Assembly (NCBI GenBank): GCA_040954595.2
Contig: CM082584.2
Span: 2,511,344-2,575,343 of the forward strand
Source: Balanoglossus misakiensis
Lineage: Eukaryota; Animalia; Hemichordata
Reading direction: 5' to 3'
Length of the DNA stretch: 64,000 bases
Position numbers and translations under genes: made by a program
Shown: one piece after another, positions 28,273 to 40,486 of the stretch
How positions within the stretch are numbered: the stretch's first letter is position 1
How the letters are laid out: each line of letters opens with the position of its first letter
Notes under the pieces: model-generated
What the model was told of the DNA's origin: nothing
The model's database searches: none
Seen by the model: the letters and a program-made list of their open reading frames with translations, nothing else

Positions 28273-28598
28273 AACGGACGCTAAGGATTTTGATTAAGGC
28301 GAAGATTGTATCGTTTGGCCATGGAAAGTAACCAGTTCACCCCGAGCAAACAGATACCAGTATACATTCAGCTCAAACACACAGCTATTCATTCTTAATC
28401 ATTCTATTTTATATTGTGAATGAATACTTGACAAATATGTCTCTGTAAATAATTCATTTATTACAATTTCAAAATGATATCTGCAAAACACTGGTACATA
28501 TACAAATCTGTATATAAATACAAATCAGAAGAAACGGACTCTCAACTATAGTACTGGGGTAAGTGTTTGCTACCTACAGACTTTTTTTGCAGCCCTTA

Positions 28599-31500
28599 TC
28601 AGTCCCTTTCAAAAGGGTTGGGGAGTGGTGAGAGGTAAATTGACTCACCCATTCCAAGAACTACACATTTACGTCTCAAAAACGACGGTCGCACAGCAAT
28701 TCTTTCATGTGAAATCTCACGCAGTGGTTTTACATGTGTACACTGTATGCCAATTTCATTGTCAACAAACATTGACCTCCCACTTAAACACCTACTGGCT
28801 ATCAGGAATGATCTTTCATTACAGTGACAATCACCTTGGCATATGCAACCTGGCCTAAGAATTACAAGGTTTCTTATTACATACAATTGCTCATCTTGTC
28901 CCTGAAAATAATGGTTCGTTCTCTTTGCTGCCCTAGTGTAGCTACTTGTTGTGAACACAGCACCTGATATAGTGAATCTCTTGTAATATTTGGCATTCAC
29001 ATTCAAGATAGGGTGGCCCACAGCCTCCTCTATAGCTAACCTGTCTGTCAATCTTATTTCCCGTTTGTCAGCAGCTCCCATGGCCACAACCCCTGAGCAG
29101 CTATGAAAGTCCCTCTTTAAATGCACAATTCCTCTAGACAATTTGTCAAATAGTGGCCTCAGATCACTATCCTGTGGTATTATTGTGGATCTTCTTGATA
29201 AATCTCTCCACAGACAGAATGTGTTTGATATCTGTGAAGGCACACTTTGAGTACCCTGAAATAGCTTCATGATTACACCATTGTGACTTTCAAACACAAA
29301 GGAAGATGTAGCCCAGAGAGGTGCCCATTCCCTAACACTACTAGACAAATGCAGTAGAATGTGCATATTAAATGACATCACTTCTTTCCCATAAAGGCAT
29401 TCAGTTTGAGTCACAAACTTTCTGATTGCCTGCTCTGCCAGATCAACAGAGCGGGCTGTTACTTTTTCCTGAAGTAACGTGTGGATTCCAAAAACCAGCA
29501 AAAACCAATGGTTCAGAAAAACTGCAGGTAACACACCTCTCAGAACAATTAAAGAATAGAAAAGGAGAAATGCCCTCCACTCCGAACCTTTCCAATACTT
29601 TCTGTAATCTAACGATCGTGGTGTCCTGGTTATTTCATTTGGAGGAAACTGCTGCACCAAACAGGAATTAATTACACGTTGTTTAGCAGGAGCTAAGTAC
29701 CAGGGTTTCTGCTTGTTTTCACTGTCAAGCCAAAGTGAGGTGATTTGCCTGACAACCCCTAATAAAACGCAATGCAAAAAATCAGGAACAAACCCTTTCA
29801 CAATGTCGAAATTGGGAAGCAACATACACACACTGGGTCCCTTCACACCCAATATTGGTCGGTCTCTTTCAACCGCCTGCCTACAACAATCCTCATACTG
29901 ATCGTTATTCCTCAACTCAGGATGAGGAAGATCCTGTACACTATATACACGTGCATGACCATTGCCCTTTGCTATGTATTCCCCTGGGTGCAGGCACCAG
30001 TCACATCCATACTGCCCATTATACTGTTTGCAATTGCGCATCAAAGGCCTGGCAGCTGAATCAGAAGAACACAATAACACATGGACACCAGAACTTTGAT
30101 TTCTCCAGGTAAAACCATCATTACCCAATTTCACACATTCTTCAACAAATGGTGCCAAAAAACAATCCATCTGTGGTTTGGATTGACCAAACCATAGGCC
30201 AGGCATGAGAATATTTTGTTTTTGACATTTTGGAGTCAGTTCTGTCACTACACACTGAATGGGCCATATTGAGAAACCAGAGGACTTAAAGGCAGGGACC
30301 CCATCACAATTCCAGAGAAGGGTTAAGTCATTATCTCTTATGATACCATTTTCAAGGAGATCTTGATAAATGGAGCCATCCAATAAATTTGAAACTGACA
30401 ATTCACTATTAATATTCTGATTTTCTAATAAATCTACAAGTTGGTCCTTGATTGGCATTACAATGAAAAAATTGTTATTTGCTACAGATATTTGCTCACT
30501 GAAAGGCTCATTACAGCTACCACAAGTGGCGTCAGTTTGAATTTCGCCCTCGGCACCAAGATATGCCATACAACTACAGCAATAGAAGTGCTTCTTACAC
30601 GACACAGCTGTCTCAGCAAAACAGTTCTTAAAAAAGTATGGTGTTGCTGGTACAGTTTCTGGTGCTATCAGGTTAATGACGTGCAACAAGTCTTTGAGAG
30701 CATCTTTCGTAAGTCGGTGTCTGAGGACAAAAGCCTGGAGAAGTAGACAAAGCTGTTCTGTTGTGACATTCATCTCTCCAGTTCCTTCTTCAGCTCCCTG
30801 AGAATTAGAAAAATAGTAGTACATTTAGAAAAATAGGACAACCAGAAATAACATGAACAATGCAATGGTCACACTCACAGGACTGACACATTTAATTGTG
30901 ATTTGACATTTGTGAAAACAGGTTCTGATCTCTTATGCATTGATCACCAGATTTTGAAAACAGGGGTCATGCTCTAAATAATAGGCCTCCTTGAGAATTA
31001 AAATAAATGCATTCACAACCATAGAGACACTAGCTTTCATACTTGTATTTTATAATAACGATGTGTATTAAGTTGCATTAACATATAAAACAGATTGATT
31101 AGTGGAATACTAAACGATGTTGTAATAGCTGTCATGTTTCTGTCAAGGAATCAATGTGTATATTGCACCATGTCCACTTTTTCAAGTTGTAAATGCACAA
31201 CCTTCAGTAAGTACACTTACTTTGAAAGTAAATCATCAAAATAATGTGAAAAGTCATAGATCATAAGTGATTAAGGTAAGTTACCGCACAAAATTCAAAT
31301 TGGCAACCATAAAATTTTTAAAGTCAAAAGCAGAACCTACCAATTCATCACCACTTTCTCCTGTGCCCGTCCCATTAGTGTTTTCGTTTGATATGCGTGT
31401 GTGTATAATTTCTTCACTTTCTTCAATCTCTCCACTTCCGCCACTCAGTAAGTTGACATGTGACGTTTCCTGAGCTGGTACTTGGTCATCTATGATGAAT

Positions 31501-32390
31501 GATGTCTGATCATCTGATGTTTCGTCGGCTGATAAATAGTCATCTGTGTCTGGTTCTGTAGTGCTGTATTCATCAATGTCTGTATCTCTGTGAGAGAAAG
31601 TTAGTCCACTTCGATAACTGTCATGAGAGGCGTTACCATCATATAAATATTCATCATTGCCACTTTCAGATTGGTAGTCACTATTTACAGAACAACTGTC
31701 AGTGTCGATGGCGATATCATCAGTCTGAAAGATATGAATAGAATGTGGTTAAGATATGTATTTCAGTATAGCGGGACTACATAATGCATATTACATCATT
31801 TGATTCTAAATCTCAGAGGAAAGTGCTAATGCTTTAATAGTTCTTATAAAGAAAAGTAGGCTGGTGTCAGTAATGACCTGTTTTTTTTTGTTTTTTTCCC
31901 TCAATATTCGTAGTACTAAATTATTTTTCAATTAAAAAAATACTGCATCGGCATAAATGCTGCTATATTTAGACAAAGAGTTGGAGATGTACAAGCTAGC
32001 CTTTTGGACTTTAATAAAACCAAAAAGAACAGAAATAAAATGCATACACTACCTATGACACCCTATAATTATAACAATCACCGAGAAATGACAGACAATG
32101 CCAGTTTTCGCCCGGCGCTTGCTGCAGTTCCGTAGCCAGCCACTTTCCTCGATGTGTGTGTTACGGAAGGGGCACCTTTCCGTAACACACACATCGAGGA
32201 ATGTTGCAGGCTACGGAACTGCAGCTGCAGCAAGCGCGGCGCATACTTCAGGCCGTGGTAAAAAAAGAGCTACACTTACCTCTAAACCATGTTTATCGCG
32301 AATTCGCCATCTAAACAAGGTTCTCTTTGGAATACTGACTTCGGTATCATTTAGGTAACGCTTGTATGGACCGCGCACGACCCTCGACAT
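28599..32390 (-). CDS. EnSpm/CACTA-type DDE transposase, ~897 aa; exons 32390-32280, 31724-31341, 30797-28599
   Basis: Motifs NCDGVPAFKSS..SIWPI, DSAARP..NCKQYNGQYGCDWC, DFLHCVLLGV, WKGSEWR, FNMHILLHL, FVFESHNG. Exon 1 is MSRVVRGPYKRYL..IPKRT; exon 2 is acidic. All introns are GT-AG phase 0, with no stops. Confidence 0.92.
32121..32225. repeat. ~105-bp hairpin in transposase intron 1
   Basis: GCTGCAGTTCCGTAGCC..TTCCTCGATGTGTGTGTTACGGAA is mirrored by TTCCGTAACACACACATCGAGGAA..GGCTACGGAACTGCAGC. Confidence 0.85.
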
Positions 32391-32416
32391 GTCTCTTCCG
32401 CGACCTGATGATCTAG

Positions 32417-32460
32417 TGAATCAGCTGTGCAAGCGTCGGTGACTGCGGTGCATGCTGGGT
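32417..32460 (-). promoter_or_regulatory. Putative transposase promoter: ZNF143/Staf-like site plus CAGCTG motif
   Basis: On the minus strand ACCCAGCATGCA then ACAGCTGATTCA precede the ATG; both 12-mers recur exactly before the BEN gene. Confidence 0.5.
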
Positions 32461-32606
32461 GATAGATATGGCATCATCTCAAGTACAAATTTTAACGTTC
32501 CGATCGATCTGTGGTACTACTTTAAGGTGAATTTTGGCGTTTCAAAATAAAGTGAATGATATCTTAACGTGTTTTTTTTTCAAATAACATCTCAGCTCTA
32601 AGAAAT

Positions 32607-35600
32607 TTAAATAAATAATAATGTTTTATTGTCTTTTAGGCCTCCGGCCAATATGACAATTGCATGGTAAGATATATTACAGAACGAAATACAGCAACTA
32701 CAAAAAAAGAAACATTAGGTCACCTTCAAGCTTTCATGAAAAATATTCTTTCCTCAAAATCATGGCTTTATGTACAAATTTGCCAAGATTTCTTAACACT
32801 GTTGGCGACTTCGACCTCATCAGTGTTAAAAATTTCTCTTCGTAAATAGACTCAGAGTTGTCATGTGGTAATAAATATCTTAAGCTTTGATACAATGGGC
32901 ATAAAAATATTACATGAAATTCATCCTCCACACCTCCTGTACATATTTCACAGATTCTGTCTTCAAAGTCAATGTTGGCATAGCTGCCTTCCTGGACTCT
33001 TAAACCAAGACATGAACATCTCAATCGTGCTAGTGCATGTCTATGTTTTGGCTCTGTAATTTCACAAAGATATTTTTCTGGTTCAAGCATGCTTTTAAAA
33101 TTACGATATGTACGAAGTCTGTCTTTTGTACATACTTCACTGTACCACTCTTGTTTGTTAACATCGGAAAGACGTTGTTTAAACTCACTTATAAAAGATG
33201 AAATATCTCCCACCCCTTGTGATAACCAGACAATGCCAAACCCATATGAATAAAGAATTTGCTTAACCTCTGTAGCCCATGATGTGTGTCCATTTTCATC
33301 CATTGTAAACAACAATTTGTACGCATGCGCAGCCATCCTGTCATCTGTGAGTTCAGTGAGACGCAACCAATATTTAACACATTTTATGACTGAATTTAAA
33401 TAAAGTGGATATCTACCACACTCGCCATATACTGCTTCGTTTGTAGTGCTCTGACCCACTCCCAGAAAGTGCTTGCAAAACCTTAAATGGACTCTTTCTA
33501 TCTCCATATGTTTTTTGTATCCCCAAATATCAGCTCCATACAATAAAATTGGCAGTATCAGTGTATCAAAAAGTTTAAAATATACATCTCTTTTTATCAT
33601 ACCAGCTTTACGTTCAAATTTAAAGATTAAAAACATAGCTTTCCGTGCTTGAGCAGCCAGATTACCTACAGCTTTGCTCCACGTGTTTCTACAGGATAAC
33701 AATAATCCAAGATACTTATATGAAGTCACAACCTCTAGAGTCTTTCCATTCATTTTCCACACTTCACTCTTTGCATTATGCCCCCCTTTACGGAATACTA
33801 CGATCTTGGTTTTATCTATGTTAACTTGAAGTTTCCATATGTTGCAAAAATCGTTGAGTATGTTAATTAACCTTTGTAACCCTATTACAGAGTCTGCAAA
33901 TATAACAATATCGTCGGCATAAAGTAAAAGAAATAAATCGTACATTTGTTGCGTCAGTTGGATGCCTCTGGCACCTGTGGAAATAATCATGTGGTACAAC
34001 TCATCAATGAAGAGGGAGAACAACACTGGGCTTAATACACTCCCTTGCCTTACACCTCTGTTACAGTTAAAATATTCTGAAACACCCCCATCTAGACGAA
34101 CACAAGATTTCACATCACTATACATAGATTTCACAATGTTATACATCTTGCCAGATAAGCCAATCGACTGCAGTTTGAAAAAAAGACATCTGTGATCCAC
34201 AGAATCAAATGCTTTTGCAAAATCTACAAAAAGACAGTAAAATTTCCCCTTCCTTCTTCTGATGTAATTTTGTATGATGGCATGTAAAGTAAATATATTA
34301 TCCATTGTTGAAAACCCTTTACGAAATCCCGCTTGTGCATTACAAATAGCATTGGTATTTTCAGCCCATCTATACAACCTTTCATTTAAAATACCACAAA
34401 ATATTTTACCAAATACATCTAAAAGCGTAATTCCCCTGTAATTATTTGGATCTGTTCTAGATCCCTTTTTGTACAATGGTATTATAATTCCCCGTGACCA
34501 CCCTGCTGGGAAGTTACCCGTATCAAAGATGTTGTTAAACAGCTTATTCATGATAGGTAGCATTGTGGGTATAGAGCATTTGAAAAATTCGGCTGGTATT
34601 CCATCTGGGCCCGGGGCTTTACCATTTTTCAGATCTAAAACTGCTTTCATTATTTCCCGGTCAGTAATATTTGAATTCATAAAATCTGAGATATCGACTT
34701 CGGCATTCCAGCCTACAACCTGTACATGTGTATCCCCGGGTAATACATTATGGGGATTATTTAATTGTGTGAAATATTCAACCCATTGTTTGCCAGAGAT
34801 GGGAAAGTAACTCTGGGTACAACTTTGACTGCTTCTAATAAAATGCCACATATCATTACTACCAGACACACAATCCCAACGGGATTTAAATTTTGCTGAA
34901 AGTGCATCCGTAAAATCCTTTTTCAGCTTCTGGCATGTATTTCTAAAAATATTACGACTACGTTTGTAGACTTGCAAAGACCCTTCTGAGTTATTCTTCC
35001 TGAATTCACGTAGATTTCTTTTAACTTCTTGCTTTTGTTGGAAACAAACAGAGTCAAACCATGGTGGTTGTTGCGGGCGTGCTTGGTTTCGTTTGCTGTT
35101 CTGGCATTTCATGCTGCTACCAGCCAGCTGGAAAGCTTTAACAATACAAGCTATTGCTTCATCATTATTAACACCAATGCTTACGTCACATTTCTCAAAC
35201 AAAGCAATCACATCACCTGAATTACATTTACATACAAATGTGTGTTCCTCATTAGCATTCCATCTGTACCTTGTATACTCATAAATATTCACATTACTAT
35301 CCACCTGTTGAGTTAATTTACATTGAAGAGTAGTTTCCAGAGGAAAGTGATCTGATTCGTCTCTTTCTGCCACCTTAAAATACACAAATGAATTGAAAAG
35401 GTTCGATGAAACAATGACATAATCAACCACACTCTTTCCGTTGTTAGAAGTACATGTAATGTGTCCATCTCTGTCCCCATCTACTCTGCCATTTAACACA
35501 TGCATTGAAAGTGTACAACATAAAGAAAGTAAACTTCTACCAAAAGTATTTGTTGTTTTGTCTTTTGATTTACGTGTCAGGCAAAAAGTGTCCCCATCGT

Positions 35601-36108
35601 AAATATCAGCTGGTATTGACAAGTAACTTGTATCATCATTTATAATATAATCATACCCATCCGCAATCCGTGCATTTAAATCCCCCAATATAATATTATC
35701 TACATGCTCAAAATTAGTGTTCAGTCGGACAAGTTCATTTTCTAAAATAGTAATCCCGTTATACTCGTTCGTATAAACATGTGACCCTTCGGGTGGAATA
35801 TACACAGCCCCTAGTAAAATATCTCTGACAGTGCCAAAATAATTTGCGTTCAACAGGAAAAACATTGCATCATTCATTTCTGTATCAATACGCTTAACAC
35901 CAGCCATTATATTCTTAGCAATGCCCACAGTAACACCTCCACTCGGTCTACCCTTTGTTCCTTCTCTTCTATCTCTTACAAAAGTAAATAAAACATGATC
36001 TGGAAAATAATTACTAACATCTTTACCGCTTGTAAGCCATGTTTCAAGCAGGCAAAATATGTGAAAACATGCACAATATTGTATGAAACTTTTATCCCAT
36101 AAATGACC
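32607..36108 (-). mobile_element. 5'-truncated LINE (L2/CR1 group, Crack/Daphne-like)
   Basis: 11-bp TSD CTCTAAGAAAT (32596-32606 and 36109-36119); 3' GGCCGGAGGCC stem-loop, AATAAA and a short (ATT/ATTT) tail. Confidence 0.93.
32734..36108 (-). CDS. LINE ORF2: APE endonuclease + reverse transcriptase + C-terminal CCHC motif; open up to the 5' truncation
   Basis: CLLETW, GGV, GDLNA, VVDY, SDHFP (APE); KAPGPDG, QAGFRKG, FVDFAKAFDSV, GVRQGSVLSP, YADD (RT); CEIC..EDEFHVIFLC. The frame continues ~60 codons upstream of the listed ORF. Confidence 0.95.
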   Translation of the reverse strand, partial: GHLWDKSFIQYCACFHIFCLLETWLTSGKDVSNYFPDHVLFTFVRDRREGTKGRPSGGVTVGIAKNIMAGVKRIDTEMNDAMFFLLNANYFGTVRDILLGAVYIPPEGSHVYTNEYNGITILENELVRLNTNFEHVDNIILGDLNARIADGYDYIINDDTSYLSIPADIYDGDTFCLTRKSKDKTTNTFGRSLLSLCCTLSMHVLNGRVDGDRDGHITCTSNNGKSVVDYVIVSSNLFNSFVYFKVAERDESDHFPLETTLQCKLTQQVDSNVNIYEYTRYRWNANEEHTFVCKCNSGDVIALFEKCDVSIGVNNDEAIACIVKAFQLAGSSMKCQNSKRNQARPQQPPWFDSVCFQQKQEVKRNLREFRKNNSEGSLQVYKRSRNIFRNTCQKLKKDFTDALSAKFKSRWDCVSGSNDMWHFIRSSQSCTQSYFPISGKQWVEYFTQLNNPHNVLPGDTHVQVVGWNAEVDISDFMNSNITDREIMKAVLDLKNGKAPGPDGIPAEFFKCSIPTMLPIMNKLFNNIFDTGNFPAGWSRGIIIPLYKKGSRTDPNNYRGITLLDVFGKIFCGILNERLYRWAENTNAICNAQAGFRKGFSTMDNIFTLHAIIQNYIRRRKGKFYCLFVDFAKAFDSVDHRCLFFKLQSIGLSGKMYNIVKSMYSDVKSCVRLDGGVSEYFNCNRGVRQGSVLSPVLFSLFIDELYHMIISTGARGIQLTQQMYDLFLLLYADDIVIFADSVIGLQRLINILNDFCNIWKLQVNIDKTKIVVFRKGGHNAKSEVWKMNGKTLEVVTSYKYLGLLLSCRNTWSKAVGNLAAQARKAMFLIFKFERKAGMIKRDVYFKLFDTLILPILLYGADIWGYKKHMEIERVHLRFCKHFLGVGQSTTNEAVYGECGRYPLYLNSVIKCVKYWLRLTELTDDRMAAHAYKLLFTMDENGHTSWATEVKQILYSYGFGIVWLSQGVGDISSFISEFKQRLSDVNKQEWYSEVCTKDRLRTYRNFKSMLEPEKYLCEITEPKHRHALARLRCSCLGLRVQEGSYANIDFEDRICEICTGGVEDEFHVIFLCPLYQSLRYLLPHDNSESIYEEKFLTLMRSKSPTVLRNLGKFVHKAMILRKEYFS

Positions 36109-36187
36109 CTCTAAGAAATGCTGTATTTTAAAATCACATGACCTACTGCATGACCTTTGACTCTTCTCATAAACGCCCGCATTTCTT

Positions 36188-36249
36188 ACCCAGCATGCAT
36201 CGAGGTAAATAAATAGTCGGCGAACTCCTGACCTTTTACAGCTGATTCA
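36188..36249 (+). promoter_or_regulatory. Putative BEN-gene promoter, mirror image of 32417-32460
   Basis: ACCCAGCATGCA at 36188 and ACAGCTGATTCA at 36238. Confidence 0.5.
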
Positions 36250-36332
36250 GTAACCACCGAAGACACACTACGCGTCACTCGCTACCAGCTCCGCTTAAGA
36301 TTTCGCTATTTACGAACGTCGATCTAGTCACC

Positions 36333-39300
36333 ATGAAGTACGCTTTATTTGATTTTTACGAAGAAAAGAGTGTTGAAGTTGGTGAGACGAATTGGATAGA
36401 AGATCTCGATGAAGACGACGTTATGTGTTTTGACTTCGACGAAGATTGTGCTGTCCAGTGGTCATCAAAGAAGGCAGGAAGAGATCCGGCGAGATATGTA
36501 GCAAAAGTTATCAAGTTTAGCGGTAAGAATTGTTTGGATTTTTTCAAAACTCAAAAAAAACGTGTCAGGTAGAAACATTACCCAATGTTGAAGACGTTCA
36601 TTGTAGAAAGTTACCTTTATCTCGATCCCAGGGTCTTGGGCTCCCTTGAACCAAACACAGCTTGTTTACTTCCTGTTCATTGTTATACTATTTGCATAAC
36701 AAAACGAGTTGCCAGGAAAGCCAGCAACCCCTTTGTTTTACTTTGTGACACAATTTTTTTACGTGGTTTGTGTTGTGCATTTTTGATCGTCAGCAAAAGT
36801 TTCTCATTCAGTTGTGTGTGTGTGTGTTTTTCACAACCAGGTCATAATGTTTATCTTTACAGATGACAGGCAGGAGCTGTTGCGACTAGCCAACGTCTAT
36901 GTCAAAAAAAGGGGTGAACACAAACATTAAGACTCCAGAATATGGACGGGGGAAACGTGAAAAGGCACCAAAGAGAATCTACACCGACAGCGAAGATGAT
37001 GAAGATGATTATGTACCGGTAAGTTGATATTTAACTACCATGTGGCTGATGCAGAATTCAATATGATTTATCTAGGTACAGATGATATTAATTTCTCGTT
37101 GTCAATATAAACACCCATTTTCAAAACTCCATGCCAAGTGTTCAGAAGTATCTCACAATAATCATTTCATTTCTTTTTTAGGAAAAAAATAACTTGAATA
37201 AAAAAAAGAAGATCAGCCAAAAGAATTCGTCTTTAAATTTGCTGAGAAAGTTAGAAAGCAAGAAGACATCTGAAGTTCGTAAAAAAATGGAGGAGGATGT
37301 CCAGTCACTTAAGTCTGTAAGTACTGGCAATGTCATACGCCACAATTTCTGCCCCTGAAGCATATACTTTTACTTCCAAACTTGCACAAAAGCTAAAATA
37401 ATGCTGACGTATAAGAGAGTGTTGTGAGCTTGTGTGGCTTAATTATGAAACAGGGATTGCACTAGTGTTTGCTCAGAATGAGTCCCTGTCACATGAAATT
37501 AAAGACAGGAAATTAAAATTTTTGTATTTATGTGAGAGATGGGACCCCTCTGTGTAAAAAGTAAGAGTCCCCCTGAAAAGTTCGGGAAGCAAAATATGGG
37601 GTTAACGCAACCCCTGCAAAATGTATCTTTAAAATGTGAGCAAAGTTATGCAATTATTGAAACTAATAATATTTCCATCAAAAAGTGACTGCAGTTCAGT
37701 GCTGTTGATGGGTAAATATCACAAGCATGTTGAAATCCATGTATGAACTGTGTTGTTATTGTTGACAACTGTGATTTTTAGTCTATTTCATTAATGTTCC
37801 TCTGCATTCTAGAGTTCATTCCGTGCTTCAACACCAGTGTCCAGTGGCTCAGAAGGCTATGATGAGGAAAAGCTACACCAAGAAATAAGGGAATTGAAGG
37901 AGGAAAATGCTGCACTACGCTATTCTCTTCGAGTGTTAAAAGGTAAAAGAATATTGATACACGCATTGAATAAAGTCAGTGGATTGTTTTAGTTCTTGTA
38001 TATTTTTAATGCAATGAGTAGGTTTTAGCTGAATCAAATTATTTTGTCAGTGTTTTTTTTGTTTTATTTTTAGAAATATCAAAAGTCAACAGCCAAAATA
38101 TGCCACAGAATGACTGTTTTTGAAAATACTCATGAATATCACAAAAGAACATCATTTTCGGCATTTTTTTGACGAGAAATTGAAGTATCAAGGACTCCAT
38201 ATATGTTTTGAAATACAAAGTAAAATGTTACCATAATTAATTTATAAATGAAAAACATTTAATTTATTCACTTGTACATGATGACTAAGCTGGGCAAGCT
38301 GTAACTTACCTTTTTCAGCACCAATGAAAGCCTTCATTTGTGACCAGCTTTCTCAAACTATGTGTTTTGTAGTTACTTGACAATAGTTTGATAATGCTGG
38401 TCAGTATGTAAACATCTCAGTTCACCACAATTAAAATAATTTTGTTTATGGATGATGGTCCACTGTCTTATTGGTTAACAATATTTTTTTGCCAGGATTG
38501 TCTCTTTTTTATTCCTTTTCCTATGAACTATTGGAGTTAAATCAATGAACATATGTCCTATACCTCTATTTTCTAATCTTTTCAAATGGTATAGAGTTAC
38601 CTGGCCTGCTTGGACAAATTGCTGATGTAAAAAGAACATTTGGTGTAAAGACTGGTGCACCTGCAGTCTCAAAGACAAATAACTCCAGTGGAACACATGA
38701 TGCCCAATTGAACAGTGAAGAGGTAACTGTTGACATCTATTTCAATTTATCATGAATGTCTGATTTCAGGAATCTGCATAGACATAGTCATAGTCATTCA
38801 AATAATACTTCTGCTTCTTAGGTTCAACCATATGGCCTAAGTAAGAAAATTCTTTGTTCTGCATGTGTATGTTTTGCGAGATTTCATGAAAAAAACTTTT
38901 CTGCCTGCAAATGTTTGTATACATGCTTTGGGAAATGTGATTGGAACACCTGCATGCTTGCAGAATGTCACATTTGAGTGCAACTTAACAGGGTGAAAAA
39001 TTAGTTTCTGCTGAGATTCTTGATAAGGTGCTTGTATTACATGGAAACTATCGAGTAAATATTAAATTTACCTGTTAAAAATTTCTGTGTTTCTGAACTT
39101 GTGCACTTACCTATCAAAATCTGAGTGGATGCAAAACAAAGAATTTAATTATTTTGGTCATAAAGTTTTTGTTTATTTATCTGCAGACCTGATGATTGCA
39201 ACTCTGTTTAGAACAGATCATGGCTCTGCAACTTTACTTCCATGGAAAATGTGGTTGTATTGTTAGAGCTGTTGATTTCATAGAAAATAGAAAGTATTGT

Positions 39301-40161
39301 AAGAACTCTGTGATAGAGTTTTTACTGTACTTTCTATTTTATCAGGTTTTCTATGACAGAAATCATATTTATTTTGTGTCTGCCTCTAGTGTTACCAATT
39401 ATTTTGGTCTTTTTCAGATTTTGGTCAATGATGAGATGATAGTAACTGCCAAGCAGCTGAGCCGCGTTGACAAATCAACAGCGAAGAAAATGACGTATGA
39501 TTTGATGGCAGTGGTGTTTGATAGGAAAACACTCAGGACTCATTCGTATAGTGGCAGAGTGTGCAACTCAGTCAAGGGTTCTTTACCCAAACCAGCGCTG
39601 GATGCCGACAAAATAAGAGCCATTAAAGGTATGTAGGTATTAAGTTACTTATCATCTCCAATTATTAATTTGCTATTTTAGGTCATAGGAATACACAAAG
39701 ATATATTGGCATTTTGTATATTTGGAGTGATCAGTGATGTATACCTCTTTAACATAGTGTAACCTGCTGTAGATAGGGTGCAAATTTTGCAGTGCTTTTG
39801 CAAAATCTGCTTTGGTCTGCTAATGGAGACCTGTATGTGGAATGAGATAGGCCATCTTTAAAAAGTTGTAAAAGCGTTTAAGGGACTGCAAATCAAATAT
39901 ACCATTCTCTCTACCGTAACCTTGATATATTTTCATTTAGTTTGTTCTTTGTTTCTGGCGGTTAGGTTTTAGAAAAAAAAAATATAGTATGGCAAACAAA
40001 GACATCTCTAAGGTTTGAGCTTTGGTTCAGTACAATTTCATTCAGCAATTATTTTTCTCTGTTTCCCCACAGATATTGTATGCAGCAAGTTTGACTGCAA
40101 GGTTGCTGAGGTAGAGCAGTACATTAAAATGAAAATTTACTCCGAAGCAAAACACAAGTAG
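36333..40161 (+). CDS. BEN-domain protein with central coiled coil; exons 36333-36522, 36863-37018, 37182-37316, 37813-37942, 38595-38722, 39418-39628, 40073-40161; one +1 frameshift in A7 at 36904-36910
   Basis: GT-AG introns are phase-consistent once one A is removed; coiled coil LHQEIRELKEENAALRYSLRVL; BEN-like KMTYDLMAVVFDRKTLRTHSYSG...KPALDADKIRAIKDIVCSKF; AATAAA at 40250. Confidence 0.82.
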
Positions 40162-40486
40162 TGTGGTTAACTGTTTCATTTATGTGTTTTGCTTATCTTT
40201 ATTTATTTAAACTCTATTTTTCATGTCACCTTTTTTATTGATTTATTGCAATAAAATGTTAAGTTTTAATTTGATGAGTATGTTGGTTTTTTCTCAAATA
40301 TTTCACTGAAAGCCAGCAGAAAACTAATTTGACTGAGGCAACACTGTATTTAGCACATTTATGTGTTAATATTAAACAACAGACTAAAAGAATATGCTGA
40401 GTATTCAGTGAAGTATTTTTTTTTATAAATATCAATCTTTTTGCCCCAATCCCACCCCTCTGTCTTTGGTAACCAGATAATACAGG

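Noticed and set aside
28625-30746. Short plus-strand ORFs overlapping the transposase (and similar ones over the LINE and HECT genes)
   Set aside because: Antisense or alternate-frame shadows of long coding regions.
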